Shown one piece after another: positions 51,635-64,000 of a stretch of 64,000 bases of DNA (within the stretch, counting starts at the first letter, position 1; every line of letters begins with the position of its first letter). Under the pieces are notes generated by a model. That model made no database searches, was not told the origin of the DNA, and worked only from the letters and a program-made list of their open reading frames with translations. The DNA lies in contig CM120641.1 of the NCBI GenBank assembly GCA_051362555.1, forward strand, positions 9,982,001 to 10,046,000. Reading direction: 5' to 3'. This stretch comes from Lingula anatina (lineage: Eukaryota > Animalia > Brachiopoda). The translations under genes were made by a program, and so were the position numbers.

Positions 51635-52928
51635 TCTCATTTTGCCTGTCCGTTTGTATGAAACGGTTTTTTTTGTCTATCGACCGGTTGCACAAACAAG
51701 GGGAAATATAGTGCCACTATCAAACCTAAAACTTTGATTACAAAATTTTAACAGTTGGTTTGAGATACGTGCCAGAAATACAACTGGTGCCGATTGCCCT
51801 TAACAATTCTGTTTGCAAAACAAGGTATATTTATGGGAACATATTAAATCGTATAGTAGACACTGGGAGTTATAATTGTAAGATTACTTTCGACGCCCCT
51901 AAATTACAGACAGAGGACATTGATAGGATTTCGCAGAACACAATCCCACATTCGGGTGTGCTTTTTGACATCCTAATGGTGAAGTAGTCTAAAACTTTTT
52001 GAGGATATTTCGGCGTTTCAGTTGTGCAAAGGTTTGTTGGTTCAGAAGTACGAAGGTTCATTTATCTGAAAATTGTGAAGATCCCTCAGTTCAAAGGTTG
52101 TTATTTCATCATCCTATAGAAATTGCATCTTGACATTTTTTCACATACAAGTTACCATGAACTACGAATTATATTCAACTTAGCAAGTACCGAATACAAT
52201 GGGCTTCAGTGAAATAATTGAAAGTACACGTAGACAACAACAGTGGAGTTAGGGGATTTTCGTAAGGGAAAAAATCCGTCTGCTCTTATAATTGTTTTAT
52301 ATCAGTTTACTAAAATTCAAATAGATTTGGACTAATTGAAACAACACTGGTTACATCATATTTAGTCTAAACTGATGTTATCTCCTACTTCAAATTGTAT
52401 GTAACAGGTTTCGAGGATGATTAAAAAAATCTCCAAAACAGCATGTATTTAAACAAGATATCTTCTTTATTTTACACAAAATCTCAAACTTGCTGCGATA
52501 TACCAATATTAAAATGTAAACTGTGATTGTATGGACGGCAACTAAACATGTATTTAGATTAATTTTCATGAGCAAGTACGTAGAAGAGAAGATTTACATA
52601 GATGAAGAAAAACACCTCCGGATAACTAGTATCGGGAAAATATAAGAAGCAACAAAAGTTGGAAACAAGCTGAAAATTTAAATAATGCACAACCAATATA
52701 TATGTCATTGGCATCACTACACTAAAAACAGCAAAGCAATGAGAAATGTGATACAAGTACCATTTTACAAATTGGAATCGACTTACTGGTAATTGAAATA
52801 ATGTTTTACCAGGCACTGAAAACGATAATTCATTAAAAAAAAAAAAACTATAAAGAACACATATCCAAATATTAAATGCCAAGTACTAGGATTTCATTAA
52901 TTCTGCGATAAACACATCACGATCAACT

Positions 52929-52972
<44 letters not shown>

Positions 52973-54123
52973 CTCACTTTTAATTATAAGTCGTCCGTTC
53001 ATTACTTCTCAGGCATGAATTTTTTCTCTTCACACCAAACACTATCATTTAAGCTATTACACTTTCACTAAATTCATCAAGGGGTTAAGCATTATCTTAA
53101 AGTGAAAATAATTTCCACTTAGTTCACTAGCCATGGAAAAAACTACATTAAGTAGATTTTAGTTAAACCCTCACAGGTAAAATGAAAGCAATATTTAAGT
53201 GAAGTGACAATTCACTGCATCTTGACCACAAGGACGCGAGCACATTTATTTAATAATAAAACACAAAAGAAGCTTAGTATAGTTCTCAGCTTTCAACAAA
53301 AGAAATCCACACTCTTATCATGATTACAAATAGATTTAAAATGTGTGACATAGCTCCAGAAATGTACACTATATACAGGTAGATATAAATACTGTAATTA
53401 CAATACTCCAGTTTCTTGATATGTCTATTAAACAGCCAGGAAATTACCTGTTCACAAACAAAACCAATGGGTTTTTTGTTTATTTGGGACCAAATCCATC
53501 AATATGTGACTTCTCACTCCCTATATTTCAATCATATAGTTTCAATCTCCTATTATTGCTTTCTTCCACATACATATTTGTATCACAGAGATATACGACC
53601 TACTTTGATTATCCCACATCAATATATGCTATATACAACTGCATGCAATAAATAAATGGGTCCTTATCTTGGATATCTTCACTTACAGATACACCAGGGT
53701 ATCATACAGAACAAATGGTTTACCATTTAAGTCTTTACTTAGTCAAAGTGTTCTCTGACACACTTGACAGTTAGAGATAATGAGAGCACAATACAAAGAC
53801 AGTGAATGTTGATGATAGAAAAAGCACTTCATATAAAATAAACATGAATACAAAAACAGTTACGGTACAGGCAATTGATGTCCTCTTAGATTTTATTAAA
53901 AAATTATGCACTACTGCTCCATCAGAAACTTGCAAATACCTGTCATGTGTCAGTGAGAAATACAGCATTAACCTGCAAAAAAAATGAACAGAGCACTTAC
54001 AGACAAGTGAAAGAAAAAAAAATCCAAAAATGTACAAAAAATTTTTTCTAACATTTTCATTTGCCATTGACTAAAATTTAGAAACTGGATTGGTTGGTAT
54101 ATAAAAATAAATAAATTTATTTA

Positions 54124-54174
<51 letters not shown>

Positions 54175-54304
54175 ATATTACATTTAAAAAGATTAATAAA
54201 ATAACAGAGATTGTTCCAAAAGCTTTTTGCAATGCAAAGTTAAAAATATTCATTCTGGTATAATAAAAATTACAAATATCTACGGCATATTACCATGTGT
54301 TGGT

Positions 54305-56491
54305 CTATACTGCAACAACATCATTCTCATCATCAATTCCATTTCCATTCACTAGCAATGAACCATCACTGGGAGGGGAACCCATGTCATCTAAATCAGG
54401 GACCAGACTTTCAATGTTCTTCTTCTTAGAAAGATCATTCAATCCTGAAAAATAAAAAATTAAAAAAATTAAAAAATATGGCTCAATAATTACAAATCAA
54501 AAACCAGACTTTCAGTGTTTTTTAAAAGAAAGGTCATTTAATCCTGGAAAATCAAAAACAAATCTGGCACAATAGTTATGAACCTTAACAATAGTTATTG
54601 CACATTTAGCAAAAAGTTACAATGGTTAAATAAAATCAGCTTTAAAAAATCATCCACATTTTTTTGGCAGCACATAAAATTTTCACCTTTTCCAAGACCT
54701 GTCCCCTGACCTCCAAGTGGAGCCAGTTTGCCCTTTCTTAATGGAGGCAAACCATTCTCATTGGACAGAGCAGGGCCATTCAGGGGAGGAATATCAGACT
54801 CTTTCCTGGGACTCTTCTTCTCCCCAAACTTGCTCCCAACTGGGACCTCTGCCTCACCCAGGTCCCCAGGAGTCTCGTCTTTATTGGTGGTGTTGATCTC
54901 CTCTGCTGGCCTTGGTGACTTTTTCTTCTTGCTTTGGTCTTGTTTGTCTTCCACACCCAAAGCTGGCAAAAAAAATGGTTTGCAAGAGTTAAGTAGAGTG
55001 TCCAGGTCTAAAATCTAATTATGGTCTTTAGTTTCTCTCGAAGCAATAAGCACTTGTAAAATGGGTGTGGTAAATAGTAATACAACAAAAGCTCCTCCAA
55101 TCTTTCTCAATCAATCAATTACAAAACCAACTGTATATTTTTGATACATATCTTTTTACATATATAAAATTTACATCGCCACCAAAATTACAACATCCTC
55201 AAACTTGACTTACCATCTTCAGGTATGTCGACTGCAAGTTTGGCACCCTTGCTGAGCCTATCACAGAGCATGCCGATGTGTTTCCTCAGTTTGCTGGTGT
55301 CCCTGGGCATAGTGAGGGGGGACGGGTTCACTGTCTGGTCCTTGGCATTCTTAGCCAGGCAGGTTCTTAGCAGGTGGGTTATTGCTGCATCTACACACTC
55401 CTCCCAGCCCTGGTACAGAAAATAATGCATAGATGAAATAATTACAAATCTAACATATACTGGTTGCAAAACAGTTCTCCTTTCAAACAGTATATTCAGT
55501 TACATTTATTCAAAATTCAAATCTCTCACTTATTATATTGAGCATATATTTTTCCCCTATATTTATTGATGTATCGCTTCAGTTGCTACATATTATCCTA
55601 CTTTTGTACAATTATATAGCTTGCTTGACAAAATTTCTGTGCTCTTTTTCAATGTATTATCTGCAAAACTAATTTGGGAAATGTAACTGATCAATTTTGC
55701 TTGGTTTCAGTGAGCACCAATGATGTGATCTAAATTTCCAATTGACCAAGGCAAACATTCCAAAAATCCTCCAATGATAATGTTCCACCATTCTACATCA
55801 GAATTATTATTATTCAAAATAAACAGAAAACGGTGACATGGCCAGTTATCTAAAATCTTGCTTTTTTAATCCTCCCACATGCAGATCTGTCTAATTCTAT
55901 TCTTCATATACATTACTCACCAGCTCCCCACTGTCCTCCACCTGGGGTGATATACTGGTCTCCAGCACTCTGAATTCCTTGTCCGTCATGTTCCCCATCA
56001 GACGGATCAGCAGATTGAGCAGACGTGTGGCACTGCTCAGGTGACTGGCTACTTTGGCTAACAGATGCTTGTTTTCCTCCACTGCCTCCCCTAATGCTAA
56101 GATCTAGAATATATATAAGACATGTCACAGAGAATGTTATGGAAACATCATGTGTGGTGTAGTTTGCATCATAACTGTCAATAAGGCTTTAGCGTGATTC
56201 TATTGTAAATTTAACTACTTGGTGGCAATTCTAGCAAAAAAAAAAAAAGACTTCTCTCAAAGTCCAAATGACCATATGTCATAGAAGATCAAACAGCTGC
56301 TGTATTGTAACAATCCCAAGGGTGGGTTACCTGTCTATATGTGCCATCCAACAGAGTGTCTAAGTTAGCAAGAGGGGATGGTGTCTTGTCCTTAAACTTG
56401 GTCAGAAGGCGTCTCTGAATTGCTCGAAACTGTGCTGCTCTCTGTCCCAATACTTCTTTCATTTGGAGATCTTTTAACCTTACCTGGAGTG

Positions 56492-56546
<55 letters not shown>

Positions 56547-59500
56547 GCAAGAGTAACATAATTTTGAAATAGAACTGAAATTCCATTCTTATGATCTCTC
56601 ACTTTCTGTAATTCTTACATCTTAAAAGTGTCTCATTGTGTGCCACTAAAAATGACTTTTCTGACAAAAAAGATGTTCCATCAAGCATGAAAAATCTGTA
56701 ATGGATTATGCCATAAAAGCAAATGAAGATACCGATATTATTCTAAGTTGATTGTTCTTCACATGATGTAGCTTAAATACATTATATCCTGTGAGTTAAA
56801 AAGACTTTAGGAATGACCACACCCAGTGGCCAGAGACACCATGACTAACTAGACAAAAATGTTCTAAGGTGCAGATTAGCAAAGTTTAAAGAAGACACCA
56901 TAATTTACAGATGTACACTTTTTTTCTACTTACTTCAAAATGGTGATCAACCACATCAAAGTATTCTGCAAGAGGCATGGTTCCCGAGAAGGAGCACTGA
57001 AAGTCTGTAGCACGACGGGCCATGAAATACTTTTCTAGTCTCTTTACTAATTCATTTGTCATAATCCACATGGCTTGAAAGACATCACTTTGTAGTCGGT
57101 AGCGCTCTAAAACAAAAATTGAGGCAACTTGATACACAGATAGTGATGATAATTCATAAACAAAAAATCCCATAATAACAGTATTTCAATTTTTTCAGGT
57201 TATATACTATCATTTTTTAAATAAATTGTCAATACATTTTTGTGACTCCCAAATCAGTTATATATCACAAAAGATAGAATAAAATTCCTTACGTGATGTT
57301 TTGGATGCTAACATTGTGACCACTACACCACCATAAAACTGAAATCCCAGAGCATTGCCAGGGCCTCCTGCATTCTCTCCAAGGAGATCTATCAAAATGG
57401 TAAAAATCAAACATAATTACATGAAATATCATGAATCTAACATTTTACAAATTTCCCTAAGACATTAACTCTTTATTTTGTACAAAAAATCCCAGAAGTG
57501 ATGTTCACAAAAACAACAAAACAGAGGTCTATAACGTTTTTTTTTGTATCATAAATAAATTGCTTTTTAAGTTTAACAGAATATTTTATTCTATACCTAG
57601 GGGAAAAAAAAGTAATAACTTTCAATTATATCTCATTTCATGAAAGGAATTTCACTTCAAGTTGAAACTCAATTGAATACAATTTCAAACTGAAAATAAC
57701 CAAGTCTGTATGATTACACTTCACAACTTACCTGGGAAAATGTCATTGAGACTAACTGGTGGTTTATTTGTATCTATTGTGACTTTGTGTGTGGCCATCT
57801 TCACGGGAAGGCATGGGTGAATAACAAGTTTAATGGGTAGTGGGATCAGGGCTTGTGCTACTCTTGGAGCCCCTGCAGCATTCTGATAGGTGGCAGTAAT
57901 TTCGGCACTAAGATCTGATGGCATAAAGTCATTCTTTAAAAAGAATGAAATTAGCACTTCCCCTGGTCTATTGGAATCTAAAAAAAAAATAAATAAATAA
58001 AAAATAAAAAAAAAATAATAAAAAATAAAGGACAAATTAATATCATTAGTTTACTTACTTAAGGGAGTAGCATGTATTAGTTATGCATTCTAAAGTCTTA
58101 AAGAAATTTTTGGTTTCAGATATCCCATCAACTATCAGATCAGTACTGTGCAATAACACAACTATGTTAAAGCTAATGTTCTCAGTATTAAATAAGAACT
58201 AATAATAACGCAATACATGGCAATGTGACAGGACAGAGTATCCTGTATCTTACCTAGTGTTGAGAACTGGTATTGTGTTTGACTTGCTGCCAGAGGAAGT
58301 GCAGTATGGACAGAAAACCGTACATTTTGAACTGCTGTCTTTGCCTTAATGCTGACCTGTGAATGCAGAAACATATTTAAATGCCTTGTTTTCTCTGCTC
58401 CTTTCTCCTTTTTATTTATTCATTTTTTTGGCAGGGTGTAGAGGGGATGAGAGTAGAGAGTGAAATAAAATGTTCCTACACATACTTATTTAAACTAATA
58501 AGTCTGTAAATATAATGTCTTTTTATTATCAATGCAACTATGTTGAGGAACAGAAAATTAGATAAATAAATACTTATTTTATGAAAACAAAGTCATAGGA
58601 AATTAAGCCAATCTAGCTTACCTTAACTGTAATAGATGGAATGGTTCCTTCACTATCTGAGATCTCTACACCTTGAGCTTGCTGAAAAATAAAATGAAAA
58701 GACAAATATAGGAATATCAAACTATCTACAAAAAGCAACCCAAACTGACTGTATTTATTACCTCCGCCAAGGAGGTTATGTTTTCACCCCTGTTTGTCTG
58801 TCTGTCTGTCATCAACATAACTCAAAAAGTTATGGACCGATTTTGATGAAATTTTCAGGAACTGTCAGAAGTGGGCCAAGGAAGAGATGATTAATTTTTG
58901 GTGGTGATCCAGATCAATAATCAATCAATAACCAAAAAACTAGGTTATGGACCGATTTTGATGAAATTTTCAAATACTGTCAGAAGTTGACCAAGAAACA
59001 GATGATTAGTTTTTGGTGGTGATCCGGATCAATAATCAATCAATCAATAATCAAAAATATCCTAAATTTAGGGGTGAAACGGCATTGGATGGAGACTTTG
59101 CTGCCTTGGCAGAGGTCTGCGCTCTCTGAGTGCTTTTTTTAGTTGTATTTACAATGTTCTGTAAATAGTTTCTTAGCCTATAACACTATTTCATGCAGAC
59201 TCATTTCCAAAACAAATGGCAACAAACTCCAAGCACCTAATTAGACCATAACACACCTTTAAAACCAACATCACTTCAAATCACTATACACTTATGGACT
59301 ATATTTTTATGCTGCTGAAGTGGGGACTTATTGGTTTAATCAGTAAGTGCACATTAAGCACATTAACAGTTGTCCAACGGTAATTATATTAATGAACAAA
59401 TACTGAGAGAATTTTGCACAAAATCTTTGCTGTACAGCTGTAACATCTTTTCAACATAATAACCAAACTTGTATACATTTTAGTTTTATTTACACATTGT

Positions 59501-62500
59501 TGAAATGAGGTTAAATCGCAAATTAAGTGCTCCTATAATGATTTGTTGTGAAAGAAAAAGGTCACAAACATTTACACACACTTAGTATTTCCCCCTCAAA
59601 GTTTATGGGGGTAGATAAGAGAGACACATAAACTAGACAGATACACTTTGTGGTTTGACAAAATCTTGTCGATGTTACATCCCCAAACAACTACACATCC
59701 ACGCCCAAGGAAAAGCAAACACCATGTGTAGCCGTGCCCATGACGTCAATTGGATAGATGACTATTCAACACGACAAAGAATGAGACCACACAACTTACA
59801 TGTAACAACTTTACTGTTTCATTTTACTTCTTTAACAACCAACCAACAAACCAAACATCAAAATTCAGACCACTTGAGACACCATGCATCACTTACATAG
59901 TGGTCACTGAACCTTAGTATGGAATTAGTAGCAAAATCTACTTCCTCTCTAGATCTGACATGATATGTTTCATAGGTGGGAAATTCCAAACCCACTGCTT
60001 GCTATCAGGTGTACAATAACAAACAAGGGCTGTGTTACTGGTTACATGTTTTGCATGCATAAAATGATATTTTTACAGAAGTATTTGGTGTAATTTAAAT
60101 TCAACATAAAATATTACATTTTTCTTCATGTAATTCTGATAGTCTGAGGAAAAATTCCGGTAAATTTTGATTCATTTTAAATCTTTTTTTTTTCTCAGCA
60201 AATTTAAGGGCAAGAACATTCGATTTTACATCCATGCATCTGCAGGTTAACATTGGTTATGAGGAGGCTTTCAGGGACCATTAATGTTTTTTCAAACACT
60301 TACAGAAATTGAATCCAACTGATCTGGAACGTGTACTTGTAGGGTAACATCATCATCTGAACTAAGGGCTGGCAACAAACCTAAAAACAGACAATACATG
60401 CAAGCTCAAATATCTGTGCATCAAAAGAAACATACCAGAAACCAATGACATAATTAAATTAATAATTTCTTTATTGTATTACATGTTAATTAATACGTGT
60501 GAGCATGTTGGTGTTATGTATATGCAAATTTGTACATTTTCTAATAAAAATTTGAATGGAATAAAAAATAGCACATGAATTTTTGGTCTACTAAGCATAA
60601 ATAGACTGAAAAAACCATGACAAAATATGGTTATCCTATATTTTGAAGCAGTGTCTGTAAATCAATGCAAACTTAAAAACCAAATCAAGTCAACTGTCTG
60701 CACAAATAACTCTCACTGGTAACACAATTAAAATATTAAAAGAGAGAAAAATTCTTGAATAAAGAGAAGGCAGCAATACTGTCCAATGTACAGAACAATA
60801 ATACCAGTAACAGAACTGCTTAAATGTTCCAAAGTATCAGATGAAATATTGACAAATATCCTGTGAATTTAAGAAAATTGTATGCATTGGACTGAATAGT
60901 GCATGGCAACAGTGTTGACAGAAGTAGGTGATGGCTAAATGTAAAGACACACTTTGCATGTACATAAGGAAATATCAATAACTCTCAGAAAAGGTATCAG
61001 AAAAAGATATACAAGAAATAGTTATACCAAATTTCTCCTCTGCAGAGCACAAGTAAAATTGAAGGACAAAAATGTCAAAATGGTACAGTATTGGAGCACA
61101 TGTATAAATTGCAATGACTGTAAATATATGTAAACTGTCAAAATAATAATAGCATAAATAATTTCAGAAGTACCATTTTCATATACCACTGACAGTAAGC
61201 ACAAAGTGCTGGATACACAAATTACATTTTTATAATTGCACAGTGGTATATACATTAATGGGAATTTATGTTCATCATTTTGCTTATCAATGAGTACATA
61301 AATTACTCTCAGAAAAAGGAATAAAACTAATTACTGGTTTTTGCAGACTGCTCCTTGATAATTTTCTGCAGCTGTTGCATTTCTTGGTCCTGGTCAGCAT
61401 AATTGATTTCTCTGGCCTCTGACTGCTGGGTGACAAATAAAGCTGGGTCTGTACCTAGATAGCTACAGTCTATGTGGCCATACTCATCTAGGGTCACTAT
61501 CACACCCTTCAAATCCCTAAAATGAAATTGTTATTTAATAAGTGACAAGAGAGAAAAATTAAGAAAAACAAAATTGCATTTTTAAAATTTTTAAAATGTT
61601 TTCAAATGAAAATTCACAATATCATAAGAGACTTGGGTTACTCACTTTATTAAAACACTTTTCCACATCTGATTCAATACTTACTGCAAACAGCAAAACC
61701 TGGCTTAATAATTTGAAATTCAAAATACCAAAATTAAAACAATAAAAATAGTAAAAAAGAAATAAATGCATAAGATATCAAATTATGGTTATTAAGTACA
61801 GAATAATACTCACTGAAAGTTTCCTCTTTTCAGCTGCACAGGTAAATGTTGAAGCTGTGCTGCCCACTTTAATGTCACGTCTTGGTACACAAGTAGCGTA
61901 TTAGTGTGGGTAGCTACCATGTAGTTAATGGTGCCCTCTGACACTGGAAAGATTATACCATTTAATCTCTTAATATAATATTTAACTGGCATTTAATTTC
62001 TGCTGATATACATAAACAACTGAATAGTGAATCTTGTTGAATTGTCATAATTTTATATTTTTTAGTAATTGATATTATTTATGCATAAAATAACCAACAA
62101 ATGTGGTTAATAATCTTAATTTTTTTCATATTTCTTATTAATGAACATTCACATGAAAATTAAAATCATTTTCAAAATATCTGGAAATAACAGTCCCAGA
62201 TGGACTCACCAGAACTGTAAGGTAGAAAACAACTTGGACTGTAGTCAAATTTCTTCATAAACTTTAGTTTTCCACCTTCTGTCAGACAGAATAAGTTTCT
62301 TTCCCCTGCAATTGGAATAATCATAGCACTATAACATCCCATGTTAATAAGGCTACATATCTATAGTTACTACAACTTTTAACCTATGAAACGATGGCTG
62401 AACAGCCATATTCCCCTCATATGGTGCATCTTGTGATGCTAAGGCAACCAAATGTTTGAATATGGTTTGCAACAACCAATTGCATGCCCAAACAAATCAC

Positions 62501-63860
62501 TTAAAATAAAGGTTAAGATAAAGGCAGAGACATAAATAGCTTTCCAATCAGAGTAATTTTTATCAGGAGCTATTATAAGAAGGTCTCAAGGCTCCATGGC
62601 AGAGGGTTACATTCAGAAGTATTTCCCTAGCATAAACAAGACATATAATGTCCATACAACTACTATATAACTCTCAAACTTGTCAGCTTAGAAAATCCTA
62701 CATATTAATAGGATTTATTATATGATACAATACGTAAAACACAATATTTCGGCTTCTAATGGAAACACAACAAGAGCAAAACCATGGACATGTTTTTGTC
62801 TGAGAAAGATATGAGAAGCCCATACCTAAAATCATGATGGCTGTTGATATATTAGGAAATGCAGTCACATATATGTCAAGGGCTTGTTCTCCCATATTAT
62901 ATGTCCAGTCAACCTGAAGAGAAATGGACATTATAAAATACACTCATTACTTCTGAAGGTTTGAATTAGACCTTTAATCTATTAATGACACTACTAAGAG
63001 AAATAAAGGCAGGTAGTTTGATATTAAAAAGAGAAATGGAATATATATATATATATACAGAGCATGGGCAAAGAAAGCAAGCACATAATACTTGTACTTG
63101 TGTATTGAGATATAGCACTGTTAGAGAAAGAGAAAGAAAATAAGCTCACTGCAACTTTTTTCCCTGTTTTTATGCTTTGTGACTCTTCTTTTGTTGCGGA
63201 ATCTGTGGCCACTGCTAGCACCTGGTATCTACAGAGATGAAAAATAAAATGAGAATATCTCATGCAGACTCATAACAATCATAAATGAAAACTATTATGA
63301 CATATTAATGAAATTTTCACAAAATAAGTCTGCAACATTGAATACCAATTTCTATGGCCAAGCAAATTACGTAAAGAAAGGTAAAATTAAATGCAGACAC
63401 AAATCAATAGCCTGACACACTCAACCCTTAACATGTTCCAGCAGCCTGACAGTTTACACATTGTCCTTATGCTCAAACAATCACACCTCCCTGGTGTGTA
63501 AACAAGTTATATTTGTGCATAGGAGACAATAATATTAACATCATTTAAATAGAATAGACAGCACTACCGTGACCTTGTTTTCAAATCTTGTTCTAACTGC
63601 CAAATGCTCAGTGCTTTGGCAAGGAGACATATGGTCCTTATTCATTAAGGTATACTACTGACACAAAAGTAATGAAAGCACTCACTTATAGCTTTCCACC
63701 TGCCTACTGGAGGACACAGTGACAAAGCTGTCTGTTACAGCAACATATTTCATTGGTCCTGGTAATAGAGCCCCAGGAAGAAAGCGACTGAATGCAAAAC
63801 AATCCTGCTCAAATACAGAGAGTGTGCCATCCATAGACTGAACACACAGAAAGTCTCGGC
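54305..63860 (-). CDS. BBS9: Bardet-Biedl syndrome 9 / PTHB1 (BBSome subunit), 5'-partial (continues beyond window end)
   Basis: Exons 63860-63686 (GRDFLCVQSMDGTLSVFEQD..LLPGP), 63228-63150, 62913-62826 (VDWTYNMGEQALDI), 62305-62210, 61943-61814 (LLVYQDVTLKWAAQL), 61516-61335 (CSYLGTDPALF), 60380-60304, 58681-58622, 58356-58254, 57977-57732, 57388-57293, 57106-56934 (ERYRLQSD), 56483-56331 (QFRAIQRRLLTKFKDKTP), 56103-55921, 55409-55214 (GWEECVDAAITHLLRTCL), 54962-54687, 54444-54305 (TAG). Confidence 0.96.
56490..56543. repeat. (AAT)n microsatellite abutting a BBS9 acceptor site
   Basis: Direct reading. Confidence 0.93.
58754..59143 (+). mobile_element. Helentron-associated non-autonomous element (HINE/DINE-1-like)
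   Basis: Subterminal inverted repeats ACCTCCGCCAAGG (58760) / CCTTGGCAGAGGT (59104), a (GTCT)n microsatellite, two internal ~115-bp tandem units (GTTATGGACCGATTTTGATGAAATTTTCA..), and a 3' stem-loop GCGCTCTCTGAGTGC followed by a T-run. This is the architecture described for HINE/DINE-1 elements. Confidence 0.8.
59897..60001 (-). CDS. BBS9: candidate extra in-frame cassette exon of BBS9 (105 nt)
   Basis: tgatag|CAA GCA...CAC TAT|gtaagt; phase 0-0, 35 codons with no stop. Confidence 0.55.
61028..61039 (-). CDS. BBS9: candidate 12-nt microexon of BBS9
   Basis: Long pyrimidine tract ..ttgtgctctgcag|AGGAGAAATTTG|gtataa; phase 1-1, matching the flanking exons. Confidence 0.45.
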
Positions 63861-64000
63861 CTGCAAGAGAAAAAGGAATGTCCTTTGAAAAAAATCTTTA
63901 TAGTAATTTCATAATTATCTTTGATTGATGGTTGAAAAACATTATTATTTGAAAAAAAAAATCTTAACTGTATGATCGTAATCAATTTTCATTACATAAT

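Noticed and set aside
58828-59050. Direct repeats as a CRISPR-like array
   Set aside because: Two long tandem units inside a HINE-type element in a eukaryotic intron, with no unique spacers.

Overview
Intron-rich, AT-rich animal genomic DNA; the miR-184 gene, protein style and repeat types suggest a bilaterian invertebrate, possibly a mollusc (inference). Layout: (1) a ~4.7 kb CpG-richer non-coding block ending in a canonical mir-184 hairpin (+); (2) OLA1 (-); (3) RAB3GAP2 (-), head-to-head with (4) XRCC3 (+); (5-6) two tandem KLHL10-like BTB-BACK-Kelch paralogs (+); (7) the 3' part of BBS9/PTHB1 (-). There are also several non-autonomous transposons and microsatellites. Most notable: OLA1 has a pair of duplicated 97-nt mutually exclusive exons, and both 5' splice sites can be buried in RNA hairpins. 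The block upstream of mir-184 is a dense run of G-U-rich + strand hairpins and contains a near-perfect complement of miR-184 itself. BBS9 has a candidate 12-nt microexon and an extra 105-nt cassette exon. All structures and exon boundaries were read by eye; no folding or alignment software was run.
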